Shown here: one piece after another, positions 19,139-28,904 of the stretch
Layout: each line of letters starts with the position of its first letter
Numbering within the stretch: position 1 is the stretch's first letter
Sequence record: MH445380.1
DNA from: Escherichia phage P1
Direction: 5' to 3' (one strand)
DNA: 64,000 nt
The notes under the pieces: model-generated
Database searches by the model: none
What the model saw: only the letters and a program-made list of their open reading frames with translations
What the model was told of the DNA's origin: nothing
Position numbers and translations under genes: made by a program

Positions 19139-19954
19139 TTAGCCAAGGCGCTTACGGCGCAGTTTCATTGACTTTTTGCGGGCAAGTTTTGCCGCGCCGG
19201 TCTGGGCTTTTCGACGCGCTTTTTTCAGCGCCGATTTTTGAGCCGCAGTCAGACGTTTTTTACGCAGGCGTTTACGGATGAGTTTGATCTCACCGTTACG
19301 AACAACCTTCTTAAATGCTTCAGTCAGCATTTCATCAGAAGTGCCAGCAACAACAAACGCCGCTTCCAGTTCGTCGCGGTCGTCGCTATCTAAACCAGCG
19401 ATAGAGGCACCAACATCAGCAGCTGCGTCGTCGTCTTCATCGTCAGCCAGTGCTTCGATCAGGTCATCATCTACACCGCATGCTGCGAGGAAGTCAGCAA
19501 CATTTGCCCATGCTTCGTTATAGGCATCGTCCTGTTCTTCTGTAACTTCGGAGTCGTCGTCATCAGAGATACCAGCGATAGCCTGAACGAAACCATCAAG
19601 GGAGTCGAAAGTCAGATCACCGCTATCAGCCCAGGCGAAAACGGCGTCGGCCGCATCACTCAACGCATTTTGCATAGCACTTCGATTTGCAGCTTCCAGA
19701 ATCATCTGGTGCGCCTGTTCGACGGTCCATTCTTTACCGTCTTTCCCTTCCAGGATTTGCTCAGGAGCCGGGGCAGATGGAACGTTATCGTTAGTCTGTG
19801 CCGCCGGTTCCGGATTATTATTAATAACCGGATCTGTTGGCGGTTCGGCGCTTGCTCGGGCAGACTCCATCAGCTGCACAGGATCAGAGTTCAAAGCGAA
19901 ACGAGACAGTCCATTCCCCAAAAATGCCCCGGATTGAAAAAAGTTTTTGCTCAT
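19139..19954 (-). CDS. Acidic protein with a basic C-terminal tail (scaffold-like or internal virion protein)
   Basis: 271-aa ORF; central D/E-rich region and a K/R-rich C-terminus. Confidence 0.5.
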   Translation of the reverse strand: MSKNFFQSGAFLGNGLSRFALNSDPVQLMESARASAEPPTDPVINNNPEPAAQTNDNVPSAPAPEQILEGKDGKEWTVEQAHQMILEAANRSAMQNALSDAADAVFAWADSGDLTFDSLDGFVQAIAGISDDDDSEVTEEQDDAYNEAWANVADFLAACGVDDDLIEALADDEDDDAAADVGASIAGLDSDDRDELEAAFVVAGTSDEMLTEAFKKVVRNGEIKLIRKRLRKKRLTAAQKSALKKARRKAQTGAAKLARKKSMKLRRKRLG

Positions 19955-19963
19955 TGTATTCCC

Positions 19964-21553
19964 TTACTTAATAAGCAGCGGTACGCCCTGGATACGACGG
20001 GCTACGCCAGTCGGGCAGCAGGCCCAGACTACTTCCCATTTATCGAATTCCGCCTGCGTAACTTTCAGCACATACGGTTCTGTACCGTCAGCATCAGGAT
20101 CACGAGGAGCCACCAGAGCGCCGGAGGCGACAAAGCGATCTAAAAGTTTGGTCATCCCTTTAGTCAGGCCAGCCGCAGTAATACCGTCCGGGCTATGCTT
20201 CATCTGTCGGGCTAACTGGACAAAGAAACGGCTGATTGCATTCATCAGGGATGGGACGTGCTGGAAGTGCAGATAGTTATCCTGCGTGCAGCAAGTTAAA
20301 GCATCGTCGATGATCATCTGGCCAGAGGTGCCAACAGATACTTTATTGAGACGGCCCTTGACCATTGCTTCTTCGTCCGGGGTATCTTCCGGATACAGCG
20401 GTTGAATTGACGCACGAGCAATGACGGCACGTTCTTCACCAGCCGGTGAGTAATGCCAACCGCCGACATCAGAGTTTTTCTTGACGCCACGAGCTTTCGC
20501 CGCATACGCCACGCCAGACAGACCAAAGACCACACGGGATTGGGTCCATTTGTCTTTGCAGGAGAACGGGTAGTGATAGACAGCACAGCTTACATAATCG
20601 GTACCAAGTAAACCGGTATCTTCAACAGCAGAGATCGCTTCCGTGTACGTCAATGTCGGTTTGACATCAAAGAAGCCATCAATCAGGCGATCTGCACAGA
20701 TTTTACCTAATGCGGTGATAGCCGCATTGTCATAGCAGCCCAAGCCAAGAACAGCGGTGTACATGTACGGCGCATTATTCAGCACTTTAACCGCACGCAG
20801 GTACGCAGCGGTTGAGATTTTCGACTGATCGCCGTTGGTACCGCCAGTGAACGCCAACGATTTTTTGTTTGTTACTTTCGCTGTCGAAATCAGCTCTTCA
20901 TTAACAACCGCGCGCAGATATTTAGAACGGGCTTCCAGAGCCGTAGGCAGATAACACAAGCGGCCCATGTCATCTTTCGCTTCTTCCGCCAAAGACACAG
21001 TGTGTGTCTCCAGGGTCGTTACCACGCCGAGCGAAGTCGTCTGGGTCAGTTTTAAGAGGAAGCGTTCATTACCCGCGCTGTCCGCTGTTGCCGTTTCGAT
21101 GGTTAACTCACGGGTAGGTGAAATACACGGATCACCATCATCAACGTAGATAGCAAAGGCTTCGCCACTATCAAGTTCAATTTCAGAACCGTATGGCAAC
21201 GCACTGTAAGCCGGTTCGCCTGATTCATCGAACATAATAATCGGGAACTTCGCATCATCCGGAACAGCGCGAACAACATAACCAGACGTTTGCTGAATAG
21301 CTTCGTATACATGGCGAATTGGTTCGAACTGTGAGCCGGAAGACGGCTTCAGCGGTTCGCCGAGAACATCTTCGTAATTGGACTCAGTAACCGCAAGAAC
21401 AGTAAACGGCTTGCCACGCGCAAATACGCCAATACCAGCCCACAAGCTGCTATTTAATGCAACACCGGTAGATAACGTCGCATCGGCATTGATCGGGCTA
21501 ACCGCGACGCCGGATGCATTACCTAATGACTGTTGAATTGAATATTGAGACAT
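19964..21553 (-). CDS. Putative tail sheath protein
   Basis: 529-aa ORF; assignment by size and by position next to the putative head gene and upstream of parS, as in P1 genes 22/23. No motif-level support. Confidence 0.45.
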   Translation of the reverse strand: MSQYSIQQSLGNASGVAVSPINADATLSTGVALNSSLWAGIGVFARGKPFTVLAVTESNYEDVLGEPLKPSSGSQFEPIRHVYEAIQQTSGYVVRAVPDDAKFPIIMFDESGEPAYSALPYGSEIELDSGEAFAIYVDDGDPCISPTRELTIETATADSAGNERFLLKLTQTTSLGVVTTLETHTVSLAEEAKDDMGRLCYLPTALEARSKYLRAVVNEELISTAKVTNKKSLAFTGGTNGDQSKISTAAYLRAVKVLNNAPYMYTAVLGLGCYDNAAITALGKICADRLIDGFFDVKPTLTYTEAISAVEDTGLLGTDYVSCAVYHYPFSCKDKWTQSRVVFGLSGVAYAAKARGVKKNSDVGGWHYSPAGEERAVIARASIQPLYPEDTPDEEAMVKGRLNKVSVGTSGQMIIDDALTCCTQDNYLHFQHVPSLMNAISRFFVQLARQMKHSPDGITAAGLTKGMTKLLDRFVASGALVAPRDPDADGTEPYVLKVTQAEFDKWEVVWACCPTGVARRIQGVPLLIK

Positions 21554-21613
21554 AACTTTCCCTGTTATGCGCCCCGCACGGGGGCGCTATGTTAAACGGA
21601 GAACTTCCCCTGA

Positions 21614-23341
21614 TTACTCAGAGTCACCGGCATCAATCGTGTCGCCGCTAATGAAGTTAAGCCCGCCTTTTTTGGCCATTGTCAGCGTTACACGAGTGAA
21701 GTAATCAGCGCCGTTGCGTGGGTGCATATCGTTGATAGCCGAACCCCACAGTGTGGTACGGTTGACCAGCGCCGGAGTGGTCGGATGCTGGAACGGGATA
21801 GCCGGGACAGCATCACCAGTCACGAAGCCTGCTTTACCCGGATTTTCATCACGGACGTAGCACAGCACATCCATCGAGCTGAACTGAATGTTCTCTGTCG
21901 TTAAGTTCTTACAAATACCAGCAGGTACTTCGTACACTTTCACGTTACCGAACAGGGTACCGATGTAGTGAACATACGGAGTCTGGATATAGTCTTCGGC
22001 TGGCTGGAAGAAATCCTTCGGCAACTGTTTGAAGAAAGATGCTGCATCAGCACCAGCAAACATCCCCATCGCACCAGAAGATTTAACGCGCTCAATAATG
22101 TCGCGATATACAGTCTGGAATTTGCCACGAATGATGGTTGCCCATACATCAAAGGACTGGTTAACCGGCAGAGCGATGTCAAAGGTGTCGGTCGCAAGAG
22201 TACGCCAGATCATGATGCGAAGACGCAGCATATCCTGTTCATGAGACAGGTATTCCTTCAGGGTGCGGAACTGTAGGGAACCCAGGTCCAGACCAAATTC
22301 ACGCTGTGCTTCATACGCCGCCTGTACCGTGTGCTCAGCCGCGATAACGAACTGGCTTGGGAACAGGGTGTATTTCTTCATTTCGTGGTTGATCAGCGGG
22401 ATCAGCTCAGGAGCGGCTTCAATATTGATTTCCGTCTCAATTGCGATCTCAGTGCCTTTATCCGGCGCTTTGGAGAACGACAGGGCAATCTGACCAATGT
22501 TGTAGTTCAGAGAGCAGGTAACAGTGATTTGCTCACCAGCAGCATTAGTAAACGAGTGAAGTAGGCTGCCGGAACCGTTATCAACAACAGACTTAATACG
22601 GTTAACGTAGATGTTAGTGCGACCTTTTCGGATTGGTACATTCTGGCCTTCGAAGTCTTCCATCTTGAAGGTTGCGGTTTTGCTGGTGCCATCGGAGCTT
22701 GCCACCAGCACATAGCGGCGACGTAATTGGCTGTACACACCGACGGATTGCATGTCCAGAACATCACCAGCAGCATAAGAACCAAAAGAGGAACCTGCCA
22801 CGTTAAAGACTTCATAGATGTCGGACTGGTCACGCGTAACCGGAATGAAGGTACACGCATCAGCGGTAGCTGCCCCCAACTGAACAGGCAGGATCATCGC
22901 GAGGAATAAAGGCAGACGCATAACACCGTCAGAAACGCTCATCATCTCTGCTGCGACGGATTCCAGCATCGCTTTATTAGTGGCATCCATGCTATTGCGG
23001 GTGGACTCAATCAGGCAGTTTTCCAGCGTCTGGTGGCAGGAGGCCAGAATTTCCGGACGCGGCATAGATTTATGTGCTGCGGCGTAGTCAGCCAGTGCAC
23101 TTGCCCACGCTGTAGCGATTTGAGCGGTGGCATTATCAGAGATACCCGCAAAAACCGGGTCTTTACGTGCAGCTTCAAGGATAGATGCGGCACGCGCGGC
23201 ATCATCTTTAATGAATTGGTTATCAGTACCGAACTGCGCAGTGCTTGCCCAGCCAAGCACAGCTTTAGAGCGTTTTGCGATATCTGCAATACGATTCTGG
23301 TATTCGCGTAAGTTACTCAATTTACTCTTCCTTAAACACAA
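21614..23341 (-). CDS. Putative major head (capsid) protein
   Basis: 575-aa ORF adjacent to parS; assignment by synteny and size only. Confidence 0.45.
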   Translation of the reverse strand: MCLRKSKLSNLREYQNRIADIAKRSKAVLGWASTAQFGTDNQFIKDDAARAASILEAARKDPVFAGISDNATAQIATAWASALADYAAAHKSMPRPEILASCHQTLENCLIESTRNSMDATNKAMLESVAAEMMSVSDGVMRLPLFLAMILPVQLGAATADACTFIPVTRDQSDIYEVFNVAGSSFGSYAAGDVLDMQSVGVYSQLRRRYVLVASSDGTSKTATFKMEDFEGQNVPIRKGRTNIYVNRIKSVVDNGSGSLLHSFTNAAGEQITVTCSLNYNIGQIALSFSKAPDKGTEIAIETEINIEAAPELIPLINHEMKKYTLFPSQFVIAAEHTVQAAYEAQREFGLDLGSLQFRTLKEYLSHEQDMLRLRIMIWRTLATDTFDIALPVNQSFDVWATIIRGKFQTVYRDIIERVKSSGAMGMFAGADAASFFKQLPKDFFQPAEDYIQTPYVHYIGTLFGNVKVYEVPAGICKNLTTENIQFSSMDVLCYVRDENPGKAGFVTGDAVPAIPFQHPTTPALVNRTTLWGSAINDMHPRNGADYFTRVTLTMAKKGGLNFISGDTIDAGDSE

Positions 23342-23454
23342 GGCACTTGTGTGAATCCCTTTTCGGAAGAGATTTTATTGAAAGTCACTTGTTGACTTTC
23401 TCGTGACAAGCAATTTTTTTATTTTTTTCGGGAGTAGGGGAGGAAGGTAAAATC

Positions 23455-23545
23455 CAAGGTGAAATCGTGGCGATTTCACCTTGAAATTTTAGATGGATTT
23501 ACTTTAAAAACAGTTGGTTAATAGTGAAATTTGAATGGCGAAAAT
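23455..23545. other. parS partition site (centromere)
   Basis: Immediately downstream of parB: heptamers ATTTCAC/GTGAAAT and hexamers TGGCGA/TCGCCA flank an AT-rich bendable core (..GGTGAAATCGTGGCGATTTCACC..TAGTGAAATTTGAATGGCGAAAA..), the box A/box B layout of P1 parS. Confidence 0.65.
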
Positions 23546-24547
23546 TTAAGGCTTCGGCTTTTTATCGAGGCTCTTTCTAAGGATATGCCCAATCATCCTG
23601 TCGAGTTCTTCCTGTAGCTCTTTTGAAAGTCGATTAAACTCATAAGAAAATGCACGGCCTTTCACGCGCTTCCTTGCAAAGCGATCCTTGTCCTCAAATT
23701 TCCATAATTCAGTAACTACGGACTTATCTTTAGAACCTTTATCCGTGAGTAGTGAGGCTTCCTTTGTTATCAAGCGCAGGATTTTATTTTTAACTTCATC
23801 TTCGGCCATTTCTTCAATGGATAAGATGTCGTTTATTTCCGGGGATATGTTTTGAATAAGCTGATCAAACTCTAAATTCTTGTTCCCCATTTCGTCGCCA
23901 ACAGCACAAAGCGTTTTGTAGTCCGAAAAGGTTAATTCCGACTGAACAGGGAAAAGGGCGACTAATTCTTCCGGAGCACTCGCTGCCTGGAGAGCACGCG
24001 TGACCTTCGCCTGAGACAGCCCTTCTTTGGCTGCAATATCCTTCTGACTCATCCCATCATTTTTCATTCGCATCAAACGCAGACCTATTTCTCGAATGCT
24101 GTGCTGCAATGCTGTCTGAACGTCTTTCGCTAAATTTTGCGCTTCCTGAACGCTGATCTCCTGGTCCGTGACTAAAACCCGCAACCCTACGTTCTCTAAG
24201 ATGGCAGAAGCTCGACGCCGGGAACCATCCAAAATTTCAATTTTCCCTGTAGCCCGTCTAACACCTATTGCAGGGTAAAATTGCTGATGCTTAATAGTGC
24301 TTCGGATACTTTTTAATGATTTTGGCGTAAGAGATGCCTGGTCACGCCCGTTGTTATGCTGATCAACAAAGGTATCGCTTTCTACCTGGTTCGGAGGTAT
24401 TACCTCTTCAATAAATGTGGCCTGGCGACCAGTTGATAACTTGAATACCTGCTCGACTCGATCGCCAGAGGCTGAAGAACTATCAAATCCGCTTAATATT
24501 GAAGGATTAAGGGTTCGCCCAATTGTTGGTCTGTTTTTCTTTGACAT
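23546..24547 (-). CDS. parB: Partition protein ParB
   Basis: 333-aa ORF downstream of parA and followed by parS; ParB-type HTH region. Confidence 0.9.
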   Translation of the reverse strand: MSKKNRPTIGRTLNPSILSGFDSSSASGDRVEQVFKLSTGRQATFIEEVIPPNQVESDTFVDQHNNGRDQASLTPKSLKSIRSTIKHQQFYPAIGVRRATGKIEILDGSRRRASAILENVGLRVLVTDQEISVQEAQNLAKDVQTALQHSIREIGLRLMRMKNDGMSQKDIAAKEGLSQAKVTRALQAASAPEELVALFPVQSELTFSDYKTLCAVGDEMGNKNLEFDQLIQNISPEINDILSIEEMAEDEVKNKILRLITKEASLLTDKGSKDKSVVTELWKFEDKDRFARKRVKGRAFSYEFNRLSKELQEELDRMIGHILRKSLDKKPKP

Positions 24548-24563
24548 GGGGGTTTCTTACTCC

Positions 24564-25760
24564 TCAGTTAGATCTGATAAATTCAATACGGTCAAAAACT
24601 GCTTTAGCAAAATCTTCCGCGGCAATTCGCGCGTTCTTCAATGCATCAGCACTACCAACATACGTTGCCGGGTTAGCTGAAATAACAGTGTCAAAAGACT
24701 CGCCGCAGCGTTCAAAACCGTCAAGGCGAGGGAGGACAACATCAAGCATATCCCCACCGAACACTTCTTTAGCCAGGCTATGGCAATACTTATGGTCTGC
24801 CTTGTTACTCAACTTGGACATAAAACCAATGTTAGTTGCAAGCTGACACTCGCAGCCTTCATCCGAAATGAGTTTCACCAACTCAGGAAGGCGGGCAACG
24901 TATTTAAGCGATGAGTGGAAATCAACCGTTGCAGGCGGCAGAGGTGTAAACAGTATATTGGCCGAGGCCAAAGCATTTTTCAGGAAGGCGTCAAGGTGAG
25001 GACCACTATCAACGAGGATAAAGTCATAATCGCTCTTCAGCTTATCAATCACATTTTCTTTCAGGACTGCATGGATGTTCTGACCCGGTAGATGCTCATT
25101 GCACAGCTCTCTCCAATCGGATGCAATAAAGGCATCGTCAATCGACGCAGGCATAACGTCAACCCCAGGTACAACAGAAGGAACAATAAACTCCTCTAAC
25201 AGCTCTTCACGGCTTACATTCTGCAACATAGCCTGTGCAGATGTTGCGTTTACGATACCAATAGAGTGTTTATGGCTTAAAAACATCGTTGCTGAAGATT
25301 GCGGATCAAGGTCAATAACCAGAATCCTTAAATCTTCCATCAGAAGATGAGGATGAGCACGCATTGCATGCGCCAGAGAAACCGTCGATACAGTTTTTGA
25401 CACACCGCCTTTAAGATTGGAGATGAAAATCACATACGCTTCGCTGTAGCGATCCCGGTATTTTGGCACTCCGCGATGTTCATATATGTCAATGATGTTC
25501 TGAATTGACATCGCATATTTCATTGAAGAGCCAGCAGGGCGTTTATCGAAAACATAACCCTTTTCTTCCATTTCACTTACGGCATAGTCAACGTTCGCAC
25601 GAGTCAGTAGAGGCAATTTTGCCAGTGCCGCTTTCGCATAGACCTGGTAAAACTCGTTCGCGTGTAGCTCATCCTTTTGCAACTGTACTTGTTCAGTCAG
25701 AACATTGAGCATTCTATTTGCTCTTTGAGCAACCTTGTGAAGCTGGCTGGAATCACTCAT
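24564..25760 (-). CDS. parA: Partition ATPase ParA (type Ia, with N-terminal DNA-binding extension)
   Basis: 398-aa ORF with a deviant Walker A (KGGVSKT) and a ~100-aa N-terminal extension. Confidence 0.9.
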   Translation of the reverse strand: MSDSSQLHKVAQRANRMLNVLTEQVQLQKDELHANEFYQVYAKAALAKLPLLTRANVDYAVSEMEEKGYVFDKRPAGSSMKYAMSIQNIIDIYEHRGVPKYRDRYSEAYVIFISNLKGGVSKTVSTVSLAHAMRAHPHLLMEDLRILVIDLDPQSSATMFLSHKHSIGIVNATSAQAMLQNVSREELLEEFIVPSVVPGVDVMPASIDDAFIASDWRELCNEHLPGQNIHAVLKENVIDKLKSDYDFILVDSGPHLDAFLKNALASANILFTPLPPATVDFHSSLKYVARLPELVKLISDEGCECQLATNIGFMSKLSNKADHKYCHSLAKEVFGGDMLDVVLPRLDGFERCGESFDTVISANPATYVGSADALKNARIAAEDFAKAVFDRIEFIRSN

Positions 25761-25895
25761 CGAAAGTCATCCTTTATGCTGTATTTTTGAATTTAATTAA
25801 AAATGCTGCATAAAATAATAATGTATGCGTAGATGCTTGTACATAGCATTCTCTGCATGTTTGGTTCATTTTGCACGATTGAGAGTTACAAGGAG

Positions 25896-25920
25896 GGCAC
25901 AAAAAAGCCCCGTTCAGGGG
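25896..25920 (-). terminator. Rho-independent terminator after the T5orf172-like gene
   Basis: Read on the minus strand: GCCCCTGAACGGGGC followed by a T-run, 10 bp downstream of the stop at 25929. Confidence 0.5.
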
Positions 25921-25928
25921 CATCAGTG

Positions 25929-26738
25929 TTATTTGCTAAGAGCAGCGAATAATCGTTCGAAATCGATAGTATCTATAGCACGCGTAAGCGCCGGAAGTTC
26001 AGCCTCAAAGTACCCGTGTCGATCGTAAAAGAAGGGACCGAAGAGCGAGGCATGTTGGATTCTACTTCGCCCCAGCCCGGACACACAGTTAAGCCCATTA
26101 CCGGCTAAAAGGCTAAAAAACTTCTCTGGATTATCGTGGTAAAGCTGGGAATCAATGGTGGCGGTTAACTCTTCCATAGGGAAGCACACCCGCCCTGTAT
26201 CCCAGGGATATTTAGTCCGAAGCATAAACATTGCTTTCAGCAATTCACATTGAGCGCGGATCGCGTCCGGTTCATAGCCAGATATGGAGACATAAGCCAC
26301 GTCCCTCATTCCTGCGTCATCTTTGAAAGTCACGATAGAAGTAACATCCAGCTCTTTTTCGAAAGAGCAAGCAGCATCTACTGGACGCTGAAGTAAATCA
26401 TTCGACTTAATGCGCTCGAGAATCCCTCCCCACATATCATTTAGATATTCGATATGAGCCAAAACCTTATCAAGACACTCTCGTGTAAACCATTCAGTAT
26501 GCCCGCCACCGACGCTTTTCTCCCACGGCGCATTCCAGGGGAAAAAGGTTGCGTGTAAAGCCCGCTCAAGATTAACCATTGCCAAACGCGTACCACGATA
26601 GACCCGTGAAAGCGCAAAATCGGGACTCACTTGTAGCCCTTTAAACCGTGCCAATGGACCACATGAAATGCCGATTTTAAAAGTATCTCCGTTCTCTGGC
26701 ACCAGAACGTAGAGGTAGTGTTGTTTCTCTTCTTGCAT
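25929..26738 (-). CDS. T5orf172 / GIY-YIG-like domain protein
   Basis: 269-aa ORF. N-terminus HYLYVLVPENGDTFKIGIS...GGHTEWF matches the GIY-YIG-like T5orf172 pattern. Sits between the replicon iterons and the parA promoter with its own terminator. Confidence 0.6.
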   Translation of the reverse strand: MQEEKQHYLYVLVPENGDTFKIGISCGPLARFKGLQVSPDFALSRVYRGTRLAMVNLERALHATFFPWNAPWEKSVGGGHTEWFTRECLDKVLAHIEYLNDMWGGILERIKSNDLLQRPVDAACSFEKELDVTSIVTFKDDAGMRDVAYVSISGYEPDAIRAQCELLKAMFMLRTKYPWDTGRVCFPMEELTATIDSQLYHDNPEKFFSLLAGNGLNCVSGLGRSRIQHASLFGPFFYDRHGYFEAELPALTRAIDTIDFERLFAALSK

Positions 26739-26759
26739 ATCAATACCACTGCTTGATGA

Positions 26760-27025
26760 GAACCGCGCAAATGTTGACTATGCGCGAAGGTTAATGTGAA
26801 TAGTTGACTATGCGCGATGTGACTACAGTCAAAAGTTGACTGTAGTCGATTTAACTCCACCAAAGATCGACTATGTAAGATATTGTCGGGAGAAACGTTG
26901 ACTATACGCGATGAAATGCCCCTAAAAGCCATCTCAATAGCGACTTGCAGAATATTCGCCAGCAAAAATCCACCAGCGTCAACGAATGTCGCCTATAGTC
27001 AACTTCTCGCTATCGCATATAGTCA
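26760..27025. repeat. Iteron array downstream of repA (incA-like)
   Basis: At least six copies of a ~14-bp core GTTGACTAT(G/A)CGCGA, in both orientations. Confidence 0.7.
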
Positions 27026-27028
27026 ATA

Positions 27029-27913
27029 TTATGGATTGCGCTTATGGATCTGGAAGCCGATTTTCCTGCCGTTTTTTATCTCTGAAAATTTAAGATATTC
27101 AATAGCTTCCAAATCTTTCATGGCTTTTCTGATAACGCTATTTTGCACGCTAACGGATGATTTGAGATTAAGCCTCGCTCTAAGGCGCTCAATGCTGACA
27201 GGTGCCGGGTTGGCGGGTAGAGCCTCAAAGAATGTATACAGTACCTTGGCCGTCTCTTTGCGCCCTAGTTTATCCAGCATCTTCAGCTTCAGGATTCGCT
27301 TATAGTCAACATAGTAAAGTTCAGATAGCTGTTTCTGCGGCTGGATCTCGATAACATCAAGCTCGGTATTCAGGCTGCTATATGCCAACAAGTTGACGTT
27401 AATGTTATTGAGATGACCTTTTGCCGCCGGGAAGCGGAATTTGACAACTGTCTGCTGAATGCGTGTCAGAGAGTCATCAATACTTTTACGGAACGCCTTT
27501 GAAAGGCGCTTACGTGGATAGCCGCATCGATCGGCAAACTCGGAGAATGGCAGGGTGATTATGCCGTCATCATCAGGTGCGTAGTCAAACAACGCGGAGG
27601 TTATGCCCACCCACACCTTAAAATCAGTATCCATATCCAGGCGTGGACCATGAATTTCAATTCCCTCATAGCCTTCCTGCTCAACAATTTTGAGGCTTGA
27701 TAGTTCTTCAGTTGCGTTCGTTGTGTTTGTTGTAACTGACGATCCGCGACGTAGCGCCACATTGGTAGATTTTAAGGTTGGCACAAACACACCTAAGCGC
27801 AACAAAGCGATGGGTTGTATAGTGCTGTTGTTATTGGGCTTCAGGCTGTGGATTTCTCCTGTATTTCCTGCAACTTCTTCAACGCTAAGGAAGCCTTTAC
27901 TTTCTTCCGGCAT
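27029..27913 (-). CDS. repA: Plasmid replication initiator RepA (iteron-binding)
   Basis: ORF flanked on both sides by iterons. In-frame ATG at 27913 has a good Shine-Dalgarno (GGAGAAA); the track start at 27949 is a TTG. Confidence 0.8.
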   Translation of the reverse strand: MPEESKGFLSVEEVAGNTGEIHSLKPNNNSTIQPIALLRLGVFVPTLKSTNVALRRGSSVTTNTTNATEELSSLKIVEQEGYEGIEIHGPRLDMDTDFKVWVGITSALFDYAPDDDGIITLPFSEFADRCGYPRKRLSKAFRKSIDDSLTRIQQTVVKFRFPAAKGHLNNINVNLLAYSSLNTELDVIEIQPQKQLSELYYVDYKRILKLKMLDKLGRKETAKVLYTFFEALPANPAPVSIERLRARLNLKSSVSVQNSVIRKAMKDLEAIEYLKFSEIKNGRKIGFQIHKRNP

Positions 27914-27989
27914 CACGGTTTCTCCATGTGTGGCGCGGCCTGACGTCAATTTGGATGGCTGTTATCAACAGCTGTGAATATTCAGACTC

Positions 27990-28100
27990 TAAAATCGCTT
28001 ACAGTCAATGTTTCTGTCGCGTATAGTCAACAATAAATCGCGTGCAGTCAACAATAAATCGTGCACAGTCAACATAAAATCGCGTATAGTCAATGTTGAT
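27990..28100. repeat. Direct iteron array upstream of repA (origin / incC-like)
   Basis: Four to five direct repeats with 22-bp period: (AATAAAT)CGCGT(A/G)(T/C)AGTCAAC, the reverse complement of the downstream iteron core. Confidence 0.7.
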
Positions 28101-28248
28101 CCCATTTCAGGCCAGTAATGACGCGGCTTACAGCGATCCGGGATCTTCTTTGGATCTTCCTAGGTTCTCTTTAGGATCTGTTTATTGGATCTATGCTGTG
28201 GATAAGTTGAATAAACCGGCCAACAAAGCCGGTTGGAAGGAAGTCATA

Positions 28249-28641
28249 TTATTCTACGCTTTCGATAAGAAGACCATGTTCATAACATTTAAGCTCATCG
28301 CCTTCATACAGGAATTGGTATCCAACACCACCATCTTCATGGACATTAGGGAATAACTCATAACTCACTGAAGAGCAAATCACACCAATGCAGCGATCAA
28401 CTCCTTCTCGTTCTTCAGTGCTGAAAAAATCCTCTTCGGTAAGAACATGAGTACATTGCTCATCAGCATAGGTCGGAAATACATGCTCGATACAATCCGG
28501 ATGTTTTAAACCAAGTTGATCGGCAAGTTCGAAAGCATGACGGTATTGTTCAGATCCTGGCTTGCCAACAGTGATGTGCTCAATTTTGTAGATTGAAGTC
28601 GCTTTGTTGATAGTTTGCTTTACTGTTACTTTATCAGACAT
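28249..28641 (-). CDS. Hypothetical protein
   Basis: 130-aa ORF. Confidence 0.5.
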   Translation of the reverse strand: MSDKVTVKQTINKATSIYKIEHITVGKPGSEQYRHAFELADQLGLKHPDCIEHVFPTYADEQCTHVLTEEDFFSTEEREGVDRCIGVICSSVSYELFPNVHEDGGVGYQFLYEGDELKCYEHGLLIESVE

Positions 28642-28652
28642 AAAAATCCCTT

Positions 28653-28904
28653 TTAGTTACCGCTGATAGCGCGGTTGTAATCATTAACGTTGCGATTCTT
28701 CCTGTTAATCCCCATCAGCATCGTTTCTGTATCGAGGATATACGCTGGCAGATCATCAAAATATTCACTGCTAAACTCTGGCATCCTGCACATAAATGCA
28801 CTTTTTGGGGCAGGGTGGTTAACCTTTGTCGGCGTCGGCGTTAAATTCGCTGATCGACTCCCGGAGCAACCGCTGAGTGTCAGCAGGAATACGCTGGCGA
28901 ACAT
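28653..28904 (-). CDS. Small lipoprotein, o-spanin (Rz1)-like, overlapping the upstream gene
   Basis: Starting at the internal Met (MFASVFLLTLSGCSG..): signal peptide plus lipobox, then a proline-containing mature part; starts inside the 3' end of 28819-29268 in another frame. Confidence 0.45.
   Translation of the reverse strand: MFASVFLLTLSGCSGSRSANLTPTPTKVNHPAPKSAFMCRMPEFSSEYFDDLPAYILDTETMLMGINRKNRNVNDYNRAISGN

Noticed and set aside
26760-28100. CRISPR array, on the basis of regularly spaced short repeats
   Set aside because: Repeats are 14-22 bp, partly in inverted orientation, lack unique spacers of uniform length and flank a Rep gene; they are plasmid iterons.
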